Shown here: positions 9,831-17,599 of the stretch, piece by piece | How positions within the stretch are numbered: position 1 is the stretch's first letter | How the letters are laid out: each line of letters begins with the position of its first letter | Source of the DNA: Actinomycetota bacterium | GTDB lineage: Bacteria > Actinomycetota > CADDZG01 > JAHWKV01 > JAOPZY01 | Direction: 5' to 3' | DNA length: 38,512 nt | NCBI GenBank assembly: GCA_025963875.1 | Contig: JAOPZY010000051.1 | Span: 1-38,512, forward strand | The notes under the pieces: model-generated | Databases searched by the model: none | Told to the model about the DNA's origin: nothing | Seen by the model: only the letters and a program-made list of their open reading frames with translations | Translations under genes and position numbers: made by a program

Positions 9831-10640
9831 ATGAGAACACATCCCGTAGTCAAGCGAATCGGGGCCCTTGCCCTTGCTGCACTTGCGGGTGGCATGGTCG
9901 TCAGCTTCAGCAGCATGGCTTTGGCAGCCGGCACGGCAACGTCGACGGTCACCCCGCGTCCCGGCACCGCGAAGGCCGGCAAGACCAGCACGATCGTCGA
10001 CGCACTGAAGCAGACCTGCGAGGCGGGCATCGACAAGCGCCTCGTCTCCCTCGGAGAACTACAGGGCAAGGTATCGGGCAGCACCTACCTCACCGCGGGC
10101 AGCAAGGCAACGCTGCTGGGTGAGATCGGCGCCGAGAACGACGGGCTCGGCGCCCTGCGGGTCAAGGTCGCCGGCGACACCGACCGCCCGACCCTCGTCG
10201 CCGACTGCAAGAGCATCGTCGAGCACTACCGGGTGTACATGCTGATGATCCCCAAGGCCCACCTGATGATCGCGAGCGATGCGGCTGCCGCCATCGGCCA
10301 GAAGCTGAGCGATCTCGCCGCCAGGCTCCAAGCCGACATCGAGAAAGCCACGGCTGCCGGCAAGGACACCGCGGTCGCCCAGCGGGACCTCCACAACCTC
10401 AACGCGGCGGTCAGCGCCGGCACCGCGGGCGCGGCACCCGTGGACGGACTCGTGAACTTCACCCTGCCGCTCAACCCTTCCGAGTACCCGGCGGACGAGC
10501 AGAGCGTGAAGACGGCCAGGACGGACATCGGCACGGCCCACACCAACTTCGTGCAGGCTCGCAGCGATGCCAGGCAGGTCGTGGCCGACCTCAACGCGCT
10601 GAGGACCCCGAGGCCGGTGACCGCCACCGCCACCGGGTAG
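9831..10640 (+). CDS. Secreted all-helical hypothetical protein
   Basis: AGGAGG RBS then ATG 9831; Sec-type signal peptide (KRIG + hydrophobic stretch + ALA); amphipathic helices; two Cys. Confidence 0.8.
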   Translation: MRTHPVVKRIGALALAALAGGMVVSFSSMALAAGTATSTVTPRPGTAKAGKTSTIVDALKQTCEAGIDKRLVSLGELQGKVSGSTYLTAGSKATLLGEIGAENDGLGALRVKVAGDTDRPTLVADCKSIVEHYRVYMLMIPKAHLMIASDAAAAIGQKLSDLAARLQADIEKATAAGKDTAVAQRDLHNLNAAVSAGTAGAAPVDGLVNFTLPLNPSEYPADEQSVKTARTDIGTAHTNFVQARSDARQVVADLNALRTPRPVTATATG

Positions 10641-10666
10641 GCACTGCTCCCTAGAATGGCCCGCAC

Positions 10667-11662
10667 ATGCTCGCCGTCCTGGCAGTCCGCACCGATCCCG
10701 CCGACCCGCTCGCAGGCCTCGCCCTTGCCGAGCGGGACGAACCGCGCCCCCCCGAGGGCTGGGAACTCGTCAGGGTGGTGGCCGCCGCCCTCAATTACCA
10801 CGACCTCGCCACCCTCCAAGGCGTCGGCGTCGATCCCGGCCGCCTCCCCATCGTCCTGGGGACCGACGCCGCCGGGGTGGCGCAAGACGGCCGGGAGGTC
10901 ATCGTCCATTCGGTGGTCAGCTCGGCGCCGGGCGCAAGCGAGACCCTCGCCCCCGACTTCTCCATCCTGTCCGAGCGCTACGACGGGACGATGGCGGGCT
11001 GGGTGGCGGTCCCGCGGCGCAACCTCCTCGACAAGCCCGCCGAGCTGTCCTTCGAGGAGGCCGCCTGCCTCCCGACCGCCTGGCTCACGACCTACCGCGC
11101 CCTGTTCACGCAGGCAGGGGTACGGCCCGGCGACACCGTCCTCGTGCAGGGCGCAGGCGGCGGGGTGGCGACGGCCGCGACCCTCCTGGGCCGGGCCGGC
11201 GGTTTCCGGATGTGGGTGACGAGCCGGTCCGAGGCCAAGCGTGCCCGGGCGCTCGAGCTGGGCGCGCACGGGGCCTTCGAGCCCGGGGCCCGCCTGCCGG
11301 AGCGGGTCCATGCGGTGATCGACACGGTCGGCGAGGCCACCTGGTCCCACTCGCTCAAGGCCCTCGTGCCCGGCGGGACCCTGGTGACCATGGGGGCGAC
11401 GAGCGGCTCGGAGCCCCCGGCGGACCTCAAGCGGATCTTCTACCGTCAGCTCCGGGTGATCGGGTCGACGATGGGAACCCGGGAGGAACTGGCAGCGATG
11501 GTCCGGATGCTGCTCGTGACCGGCGTCCGACCTGTCATCGACAGCGTCCTCCCGCTCGAAGACGCCACCGAAGGCTTCCGGCGGATGGCCTCCGGGGAGC
11601 TTTTCGGGAAGGTGGTGCTTTTAGCTAATCCGGCGCCTCGGGTACCCGACCCAGTGCCTTGA
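10667..11662 (+). CDS. MDR-superfamily (quinone oxidoreductase-like) NAD(P)H-dependent dehydrogenase
   Basis: ALNYHD, LGTDAAG, EEAACLPTAWLT, GAGGGV nucleotide-binding motif, FGKVVL; TAGAAT at 10652-10657. Confidence 0.9.
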   Translation: MLAVLAVRTDPADPLAGLALAERDEPRPPEGWELVRVVAAALNYHDLATLQGVGVDPGRLPIVLGTDAAGVAQDGREVIVHSVVSSAPGASETLAPDFSILSERYDGTMAGWVAVPRRNLLDKPAELSFEEAACLPTAWLTTYRALFTQAGVRPGDTVLVQGAGGGVATAATLLGRAGGFRMWVTSRSEAKRARALELGAHGAFEPGARLPERVHAVIDTVGEATWSHSLKALVPGGTLVTMGATSGSEPPADLKRIFYRQLRVIGSTMGTREELAAMVRMLLVTGVRPVIDSVLPLEDATEGFRRMASGELFGKVVLLANPAPRVPDPVP

Positions 11663-11674
11663 CGGTCTGCTTGT

Positions 11675-11683
11675 TGTTATAGT
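11675..11683 (+). promoter_or_regulatory. Extended -10 promoter (TGn-TATAGT) for the small membrane peptide gene
   Basis: TGTTATAGT in an AT-rich patch 50 nt upstream of GTG 11733. Confidence 0.6.
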
Positions 11684-11732
11684 TGCCCAAATTCGCAGGC
11701 AGCTGGCAGTACCGGGAGGGAGGTGACAGCAG

Positions 11733-11840
11733 GTGGCGCCTTTGGCAGACACGCTGGTGAACGGACCGTTTTTCATCATCCTGGTGGTCGTGGGAGTGAT
11801 CGCGACGTTCGGGTTTGCTTTCTTCCACAGCAAGGACTAG
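11733..11840 (+). CDS. 35-aa single-transmembrane peptide MAPLADTLVNGPFFIILVVVGVIATFGFAFFHSKD (below ORF-track cutoff)
   Basis: GGAGGT SD at 11719-11724, 8 nt before GTG; one hydrophobic stretch of about 19 residues; polar/charged tail; GC-rich third codon positions. Confidence 0.7.
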   Translation: MAPLADTLVNGPFFIILVVVGVIATFGFAFFHSKD

Positions 11841-11964
11841 CTCCGGCAACTAGATCCACACTGGCTTCGCAACCAGCTTCAAGGGGCACATCGCTCCCTA
11901 AGCACTGGCAACTGCCTTTCCCTCGAGCTCAGGTGGGGCCGATACCTCCTTCCGGCCCCACCCC

Positions 11965-11997
11965 TCGAGGCTCGTCCCCGTCCCTCGATTTTCTCTG
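11965..11997 (+). terminator. Probable intrinsic terminator of the small-peptide transcript
   Basis: TCGAGGG(11965-11971)/CCCTCGA(11983-11989) stem followed by TTTTCTCT. Confidence 0.5.
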
Positions 11998-12002
11998 CCC
12001 CC

Positions 12003-12620
12003 GTGCCTGAACCAGGGCCTGATCTGGCCCTCTTCCCGCTCGACCTCGTGCTGATGCCGGGCGAGCGCATTCCCCTGCACATCTTCGAGCCGCGCTACCG
12101 CGAGCTGATCGGCGAGTGCCTCGACAACCTCACGGAATTCGGTCTGATCTACCGGCACGGCGTCGCCCTCAGCCCGGTGGGCACCCGCGCACGCGTTGAA
12201 GGAGTGCTCGAGCGCTTCCCGGACGGACGGTTCAACGTCGTCGTCACCGGGACGACGCGGTTCCGCCTGGTCGAGGAGACCACCGGCCGGTCGTTCATCA
12301 CTGCCCGGGTCGGCGAACTCGACGAGATCGGGGACCGTCCCTCAGAGCTGGAGATCGCGGCCTGCCTGGCCGCGTTCGCCGAGACGCAGGCGAGGGCCGA
12401 GGTCCCCGAGCTCGACGGCACCCCGCAGGGTCTCGCCTTCGCCGTCGCCGCCGCCGTCGGGTTGCCCAACGAGGTCAAGCAGGAGCTGCTCGAGATGCTG
12501 TCCGAACGGGACCGCATCGTGCGGCTCACCGACGCTCTGACCGGATCCGCCGGGGCAGACATCCGTGCCCGGGAGATCGAACGACTGGCGTCGGGCAACG
12601 GCAGGGTCGACCACCTGTAG
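12003..12620 (+). CDS. Stand-alone LON peptidase substrate-binding (N-terminal) domain protein
   Basis: LALFPL.LVLMPGERIPLHIFEPRYRELI; DGRFNVVVTG..RF; KQELLE; no AAA+ or protease domain. Confidence 0.9.
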   Translation: MPEPGPDLALFPLDLVLMPGERIPLHIFEPRYRELIGECLDNLTEFGLIYRHGVALSPVGTRARVEGVLERFPDGRFNVVVTGTTRFRLVEETTGRSFITARVGELDEIGDRPSELEIAACLAAFAETQARAEVPELDGTPQGLAFAVAAAVGLPNEVKQELLEMLSERDRIVRLTDALTGSAGADIRAREIERLASGNGRVDHL

Positions 12621-12630
12621 GCCCCCTGCC

Positions 12631-13221
12631 ATGGAACCGCCCCATCCCTTCACCAGGGCCGACCCCTCCGACGACGCCCTCTTCTACGCCGAGGAGCGCA
12701 AGGTGGTCCACCTGGAGCCCGGCGCCATCGAGGCGCTCCGCTCCTTCTACGGTCGCCTGCTCCTGCCGGGGGACGCCGTCCTCGACCTCATGTCCTCCTG
12801 GCGTTCGCACCTGCCCGATGGCCTGGGCCGTGTGACCGGCCTCGGCCTGAACGCGGCCGAGATGGCGGACAACCCGCAGCTCGACGAGTACGTGATCCAC
12901 GACCTGAACCGGACGCCTCGCCTCCCGTTCGCCGACGCCTCGTTCGACGCCGTCGTCTGCGCGGTCAGCGTCCAGTACCTCGTCCGGCCGTGGGACGTGT
13001 TCGCCGACGTCCGCCGCGTCGTGCGGGCGGGCGGGCCACTCGTGGTGTCGTTCTCGGACCGCTGCTTCCCGACGAAGGCGGTCACCATCTGGCTCCTCGG
13101 AGGCGACGAGGAACACGTGATGCTGGTCCGCTCCTACCTGGAGGCGGCCGGGTACCCCGAGATCCACGCCGAGGCGCCGCACTCCCCCGACGACCCGCTC
13201 TTCGTCGTCTGGGGCCGCTGA
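12631..13221 (+). CDS. Class I SAM-dependent methyltransferase (type 11-like)
   Basis: DDALFY, VLDLMSSWRSHLP, GLGLNAAEM, SVQYL, DPLFVV pattern; ATG 12631. Confidence 0.85.
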   Translation: MEPPHPFTRADPSDDALFYAEERKVVHLEPGAIEALRSFYGRLLLPGDAVLDLMSSWRSHLPDGLGRVTGLGLNAAEMADNPQLDEYVIHDLNRTPRLPFADASFDAVVCAVSVQYLVRPWDVFADVRRVVRAGGPLVVSFSDRCFPTKAVTIWLLGGDEEHVMLVRSYLEAAGYPEIHAEAPHSPDDPLFVVWGR

Positions 13222-13405
13222 GCAGCGAGGGCCTTCTGCGCCTTGGCCACGAACTCGTCGGGCGGGAGGACGAGGTCCTCCCAGGTCACGTAAATGATGG
13301 TCCACTTCGTGAGAGAGAGGTCATTGGCCCGATCCACGCCGCGCTGGAACCGCTTCCTGCCGGAGTGGCACCAGTAGCCGACCGGCTCAAGCCCCACCCG
13401 CCGCC
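13222..13405 (-). pseudogene. Remnant of a DUF559 / very-short-patch-repair-like endonuclease C-terminus
   Basis: RVGLEPVGYWCHSGRKRFQRGVDRANDLSLTKWTIIYVTWEDLV..PDEFVAKAQKAL matches the E.DG..H...RD..R.N.L...GW....TW pattern; N-terminus missing, and the frame runs on into the opposing gene. Confidence 0.6.
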
Positions 13406-13450
13406 CCCGAGGACTCCCATTGCCGAGCGGCGAGGCGCCCCGCCGGATGA

Positions 13451-13495
13451 TCTTTGTGTGAATACCTGCCATTATCACTGTTATTCACACAAAGA
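13451..13495. repeat. Perfect 14-bp inverted repeat with 17-nt spacer
   Basis: TCTTTGTGTGAATA(13451-13464)...TATTCACACAAAGA(13482-13495), AT-rich, just downstream of the sulfurtransferase. Confidence 0.8.
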
Positions 13496-13512
13496 AGCTT
13501 AACAGCTACTTT

Positions 13513-14415
13513 CTACACGGGTGGGGAGACCGGCAGGCCGGGGCGCTCGATGGGCGCACGGACCAGGTTGCCCCACTCGGTCCACGAGCCGTCGTAGTTG
13601 CGGACGTGGCGGAAGCCGAGCAGGTAGGTGAGCACGAACCAGGTGTGGCTGGAGCGCTCGCCGATGCGGCAGTAGGCGATGACGTCGTCGTCGGGCGACA
13701 GGCCCTGCTCCTTCTCGTAGATCTCACGGAGCTGGTCGGTCGTCTTGAAGCTGCCGTCCTCGTTCGCCGCCCTCTTCCACGGCACGCTGGCGGCGCCGGG
13801 GATGTGGCCCCCGCGCAGGGCGCCTTCCTGGGGGTACTCGGGCATGTGCAGCTTGGTCCCGGCGTACTCCTCCGGAGAACGGACGTCGACGAGGTGCTCG
13901 CCCGCCCGGATGTGGGCCCAGACGTCGTCCCGGAAGGCCCGGATCTCCTCGTCGCTCCGCTCGACCAGCGGGTAGCTGGTCGCCGGGCGGGGGGTGGCGT
14001 CGGTGGTGATCGGCCGGCCCTCGGCGATCCACTTCGCGCGGCCCCCATCGAGCAGGCGGACGTCCTTGTGGCCGAAGAGGCGGAACACCCAGAGGGCGTA
14101 GGCAGCCCACCAGTTGAAGTTGTCGCCGTAGAAGACGATGGTGTCGTGCCGGGCGATGCCCTTCTCGGACATCAGACTGGCAAAGGCCTCGCTGCTCAGG
14201 TAGTCGCGGGCGACCGGGTCCTGGAGGTCGGTGTGCCAGTCGACCTTGACGGCGCCGGGGATGTGGCCGGTGTCGTAGAGGAGGACGTCCTCGTCGGATT
14301 CCACGATCACAAGGCCGGGGTCGCCGGCGTGCTCCGCCAGCCAGTCGGTGGTCACCAGCCTCTCGGGATGCGCGTAGCTCTGCAGCTTCTCTGCGGGGTC
14401 CGTTGCTACTGCCAT
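13513..14415 (-). CDS. sseA: Tandem-rhodanese thiosulfate sulfurtransferase (SseA/CysA type)
   Basis: [17 protein letters not shown], active-site [17 protein letters not shown] signature; ATG 14415 behind GGAAGA. Confidence 0.9.
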   Translation of the reverse strand: MAVATDPAEKLQSYAHPERLVTTDWLAEHAGDPGLVIVESDEDVLLYDTGHIPGAVKVDWHTDLQDPVARDYLSSEAFASLMSEKGIARHDTIVFYGDNFNWWAAYALWVFRLFGHKDVRLLDGGRAKWIAEGRPITTDATPRPATSYPLVERSDEEIRAFRDDVWAHIRAGEHLVDVRSPEEYAGTKLHMPEYPQEGALRGGHIPGAASVPWKRAANEDGSFKTTDQLREIYEKEQGLSPDDDVIAYCRIGERSSHTWFVLTYLLGFRHVRNYDGSWTEWGNLVRAPIERPGLPVSPPV

Positions 14416-14538
14416 GGTTCTTCCTCCGGCTCGTTTCCAGATGGTTTCCGGCCTGTTAAGACCTTCCACCCTGATCCTACCGGATAAATGCAGTAAAACC
14501 GAGCCGGGTGACCGCCGGGGTATCGTGAGAGGACCGAT

Positions 14539-14979
14539 ATGGTCACGCCCCCGGGTCTCCAGCAGATCGTCGACCTCTTCGCCGAGGCCCCACGGGACCT
14601 GCGCCTGGAAGCGCTCCTGGAATACTCCCGGAGCCTCCCCCCGCTCCCCGAGCGCCTGAACGGGCATCGCGAGCAGATGGAGCGGGTCGTCGAGTGCCAG
14701 ACGCCGTTCTTCCTCGCCAGCGAGATCGGCGACGACCACCGGATGCACCTCTGGTTCGACGCTCCACCGGAGGCCCCGACCACCCGCGGCTTCGCCGGGA
14801 TCCTCTCCTCAGGTCTCAACGGCGCCACCCCCGAGGAGGTCCTTGATACTCCCGACGACTTCTACGACGCGATGGGGCTGTCGGAGATCATCTCGGCGCT
14901 CCGGCTGCGCGGCATGGCCGCCATCCTGTTCCGCCTCAAGCGTCAGGTGCGCACCGCCCTGGAGGCGGAAACCGCCTGA
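14539..14979 (+). CDS. sufE: SufE family sulfur-acceptor protein
   Basis: [18 protein letters not shown] (acceptor Cys), [18 protein letters not shown]. Confidence 0.88.
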   Translation: MVTPPGLQQIVDLFAEAPRDLRLEALLEYSRSLPPLPERLNGHREQMERVVECQTPFFLASEIGDDHRMHLWFDAPPEAPTTRGFAGILSSGLNGATPEEVLDTPDDFYDAMGLSEIISALRLRGMAAILFRLKRQVRTALEAETA

Positions 14980-14980
14980 C

Positions 14981-16195
14981 GTGGAGACGGTGACCCGGGG
15001 CCCCACCCCTCGTCGTGGACCCGGGGGGCCCAGGCCCGTCGACTCCGCGCTCCGCAGGACCGCCACGGGTCTCAGCGTGGCCCTCGGCACGGGGACCCTC
15101 GGCCTGCTCGGCGCCGCCTGGCACTGCGCCAGCGAGCTGCTCGACCCGGATCGGGCCGGGGACCCGTACACGCTGCGGCTCATCGCCGTCGATGGGCAAA
15201 CCGTCACCCTGCCGGCCACGCCCGAGACACAGGAGCCCGGCATCTGCTGCCTTCAATGGACCGGCGGCTACGGGCTCCTCGGCCCCGAGGTGCGGACCAC
15301 GCCCTCGGGCGTCCGGCGCGACCTGACGGATCGGGCCGGCACTCCGCCGGCGGCGGGCCTCCGGACCCGCACCAAACGGCACACCTTCGAGGGCGATCCC
15401 TGGCGGGCGTTCGGCCTGGCCTTCGAGGAGATCGGCGTGCCAACGCCCCTCGGCCCGATGCCCGCGTGGCTGACCCCAGCGGCCCCCGGCACCACCGGCG
15501 GCAGCGCCGGGACAGCCGGGACAGCCGGGACGTGGGCAGTTGTCGTCCACGGCCGCGGGGGCACCCGGGCCGGGATGTTGCGCCTGGTGCCTGCGCTGCA
15601 CGACCTGGGGATCACGAGCCTCGTCATCAGCTACCGTAACGATCCGGGGGCGCCACGAGGGCCTGACGGCCTCTTCCACCTTGGCGACACGGAGTGGCTC
15701 GACCTCGAGGCCGCGGTCCACGAGGCCCGCAGCCGCGGGGCGGCCCAGATCATCGCCTTCGGCGACTCCATGGGCGGAGCGATCGTGATGCAGTTCCTCG
15801 AGCGCTCGCCCCTGTCGGGGGCGGTCAAGGCGGTCGTGCTCGACTCGCCGGTCCTGGACTGGGCACCCGTGCTGGCCCACGCCGGCAGGCAGCTCAAGCT
15901 CCTCCCGATCGTCCTGTCCCTGGCCAAGCGCATCGTCGTCCTCCGCACCGGGCTGCGGTGGGAACGGTTGAACCAGCTGAGCCGGGCCGCCGAACTGACC
16001 GTGCCGGTGCTCATCGTCCACGGCGACGCCGACGAGACCGTCCCGGCGGCGACCTCGGGGGCCTACGCCGCCGCCCGACCCGACCTCGTGACCTATCTCC
16101 CGGTCCCCGGCGCCGGCCACGTCGAGGGCTGGACCTCCGACCGGGACGGGTACGGCGAGGCACTGCGGACCTTCGTCGGGCGGTTCGTGCCCTAG
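14981..16195 (+). CDS. Membrane-anchored/secreted alpha/beta hydrolase
   Basis: N-terminal hydrophobic segment, VHGRGG, GDSMGG nucleophile, HGDAD, GAGH; start approximate. Confidence 0.85.
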   Translation: METVTRGPTPRRGPGGPRPVDSALRRTATGLSVALGTGTLGLLGAAWHCASELLDPDRAGDPYTLRLIAVDGQTVTLPATPETQEPGICCLQWTGGYGLLGPEVRTTPSGVRRDLTDRAGTPPAAGLRTRTKRHTFEGDPWRAFGLAFEEIGVPTPLGPMPAWLTPAAPGTTGGSAGTAGTAGTWAVVVHGRGGTRAGMLRLVPALHDLGITSLVISYRNDPGAPRGPDGLFHLGDTEWLDLEAAVHEARSRGAAQIIAFGDSMGGAIVMQFLERSPLSGAVKAVVLDSPVLDWAPVLAHAGRQLKLLPIVLSLAKRIVVLRTGLRWERLNQLSRAAELTVPVLIVHGDADETVPAATSGAYAAARPDLVTYLPVPGAGHVEGWTSDRDGYGEALRTFVGRFVP

Positions 16196-16315
16196 ATTCG
16201 TGCCCGAAAGGGCAGCGATCCTCGGGTTGCGACGTCAACGTGGACTCTGGCTCCGGAGCGGCCTAGCATCATCGGCACTTGGCGGACTCGCCTCCGCGGC
16301 GGGAAGGGTCGGACT

Positions 16316-17587
16316 GTGGGACGCGGACTCGGGGCTCACGAGCACGACGGGACCGATCCCCTGCGAGCGGATCACGCTCGTCGGCCAGTGGGAGCTGGGC
16401 ACCCGTCCGTTGTGGAAGGCCGGGCGCCGGGCGCCGGCGGTCTCGAGCAGACGATGCTCGCCCTCCAGGCCAGCGCCGGCAACAGTGCAGTCAACCAGCT
16501 GCTGGCCGGCGACGCGCCGCTCCAGTTGCAGCGCCTCGTGTACATCCGCAACCGGATCGGGAGCGGTTGGCGCCGGAAGACCGGGAGAAGCACCCGAGCG
16601 GGACATGGAAGGCTCGGCGGCCCCACGGTCGGCGACATGATGGTGGACGCCGACAAGCGCTTCTTCGAGAGCAAAGCCGAGATGTCGCGTTGGGCGAGAG
16701 GCGAGATCGATACGATGGGGTACGTCGCCAATGCGGCCACGTGGGTCAGGGTCCGGCCGGGCTCGTTCACGGTGATCGGGGAGAACCACTCGGCGGTCAC
16801 GATGGCGGATCTCGCCAAGGGCCTCCACACCGACCGGTTCCGGTATGAGGCCTACACCGAGAACGTCGGGGCTCTGGAAAATCCGGATCTGCACGCCGCC
16901 GTGTCCCACCGCAAGCAACAGAAGGACGTCCAGATCGGCAGCGCCGTCGGCACTCGCGCACACGAGGCCGAGGACCTTCACCCCAAGATCCTTCGGAGCC
17001 TGACCGGGCTCATCCCCAACCAATCGAAGGTTATGGGCACGCCGGCAGAGCTGCGCCTCCTGGGGTGGGCCATCCTCGACGCCGCCACTCCCGCCAACGC
17101 TGCGCAGCTCGACACCTACCGCGACAACGAGGTAGCTCTGGACGCGTTGGCGCAGACCCTGGTCGCCATGCCCGATAGTGGTCCCAGCAGGGTGGTCGAC
17201 TTGGCTTGGGCGGTCTTCGAGGAGTTCAAGGCCGAGTACACCGCTCTCGTCCAGGCGAAGGTCGACGCATTGAGGGCCAGCGCCGTACCGGCGGACGTCG
17301 CCGCTTTCGACGCCCATTGGCATCTCGCCGTTGGGCCCTTCAAGACATTTAAGCGGAGTGGTGACTACCAGCGGGATCCTGCTCACGAGATGATGCAGGC
17401 TGAGAAGGCCCGCGACCTCTCGCTCTTCCTCCACATGAAGAGGGCCAAGGCCGACGGCGACCTGCTGTTCGGTGTCGGCGAGCTCCACCAGGACCGCCTC
17501 AACAGCCTCCTCGAATCTCAGGGCATCGCCCACACGGACATGACCACCTTCATCGACGGCCAGAAGCAGCGGTTCAGAGCCCCCTGA
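16316..17587 (+). CDS. Hypothetical protein; eCIS-cargo-like leader plus possible TIKI/EreA/RRSP-like domain
   Basis: LALQASAGNSAVNQLL...LQLQR leader; IGENH, RYE, ARD and GVGELH motifs. Confidence 0.7.
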   Translation: MGRGLGAHEHDGTDPLRADHARRPVGAGHPSVVEGRAPGAGGLEQTMLALQASAGNSAVNQLLAGDAPLQLQRLVYIRNRIGSGWRRKTGRSTRAGHGRLGGPTVGDMMVDADKRFFESKAEMSRWARGEIDTMGYVANAATWVRVRPGSFTVIGENHSAVTMADLAKGLHTDRFRYEAYTENVGALENPDLHAAVSHRKQQKDVQIGSAVGTRAHEAEDLHPKILRSLTGLIPNQSKVMGTPAELRLLGWAILDAATPANAAQLDTYRDNEVALDALAQTLVAMPDSGPSRVVDLAWAVFEEFKAEYTALVQAKVDALRASAVPADVAAFDAHWHLAVGPFKTFKRSGDYQRDPAHEMMQAEKARDLSLFLHMKRAKADGDLLFGVGELHQDRLNSLLESQGIAHTDMTTFIDGQKQRFRAP

Positions 17588-17599
17588 GAAGGGGCGGAG

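Noticed and set aside
11659..11683. TTGACG as the -35 for TATAGT
   Set aside because: Spacer is only 13 nt; the extended -10 explains the promoter better
11920..11997. 6C RNA
   Set aside because: Loops are C-rich but lack the paired six-C runs; no confident family match by eye
15506..15531. 9-bp tandem repeat GCCGGGACA (about 3 copies) in the hydrolase gene
   Set aside because: In-frame Ala-Gly-Thr linker expansion; not a frameshifting or CRISPR repeat
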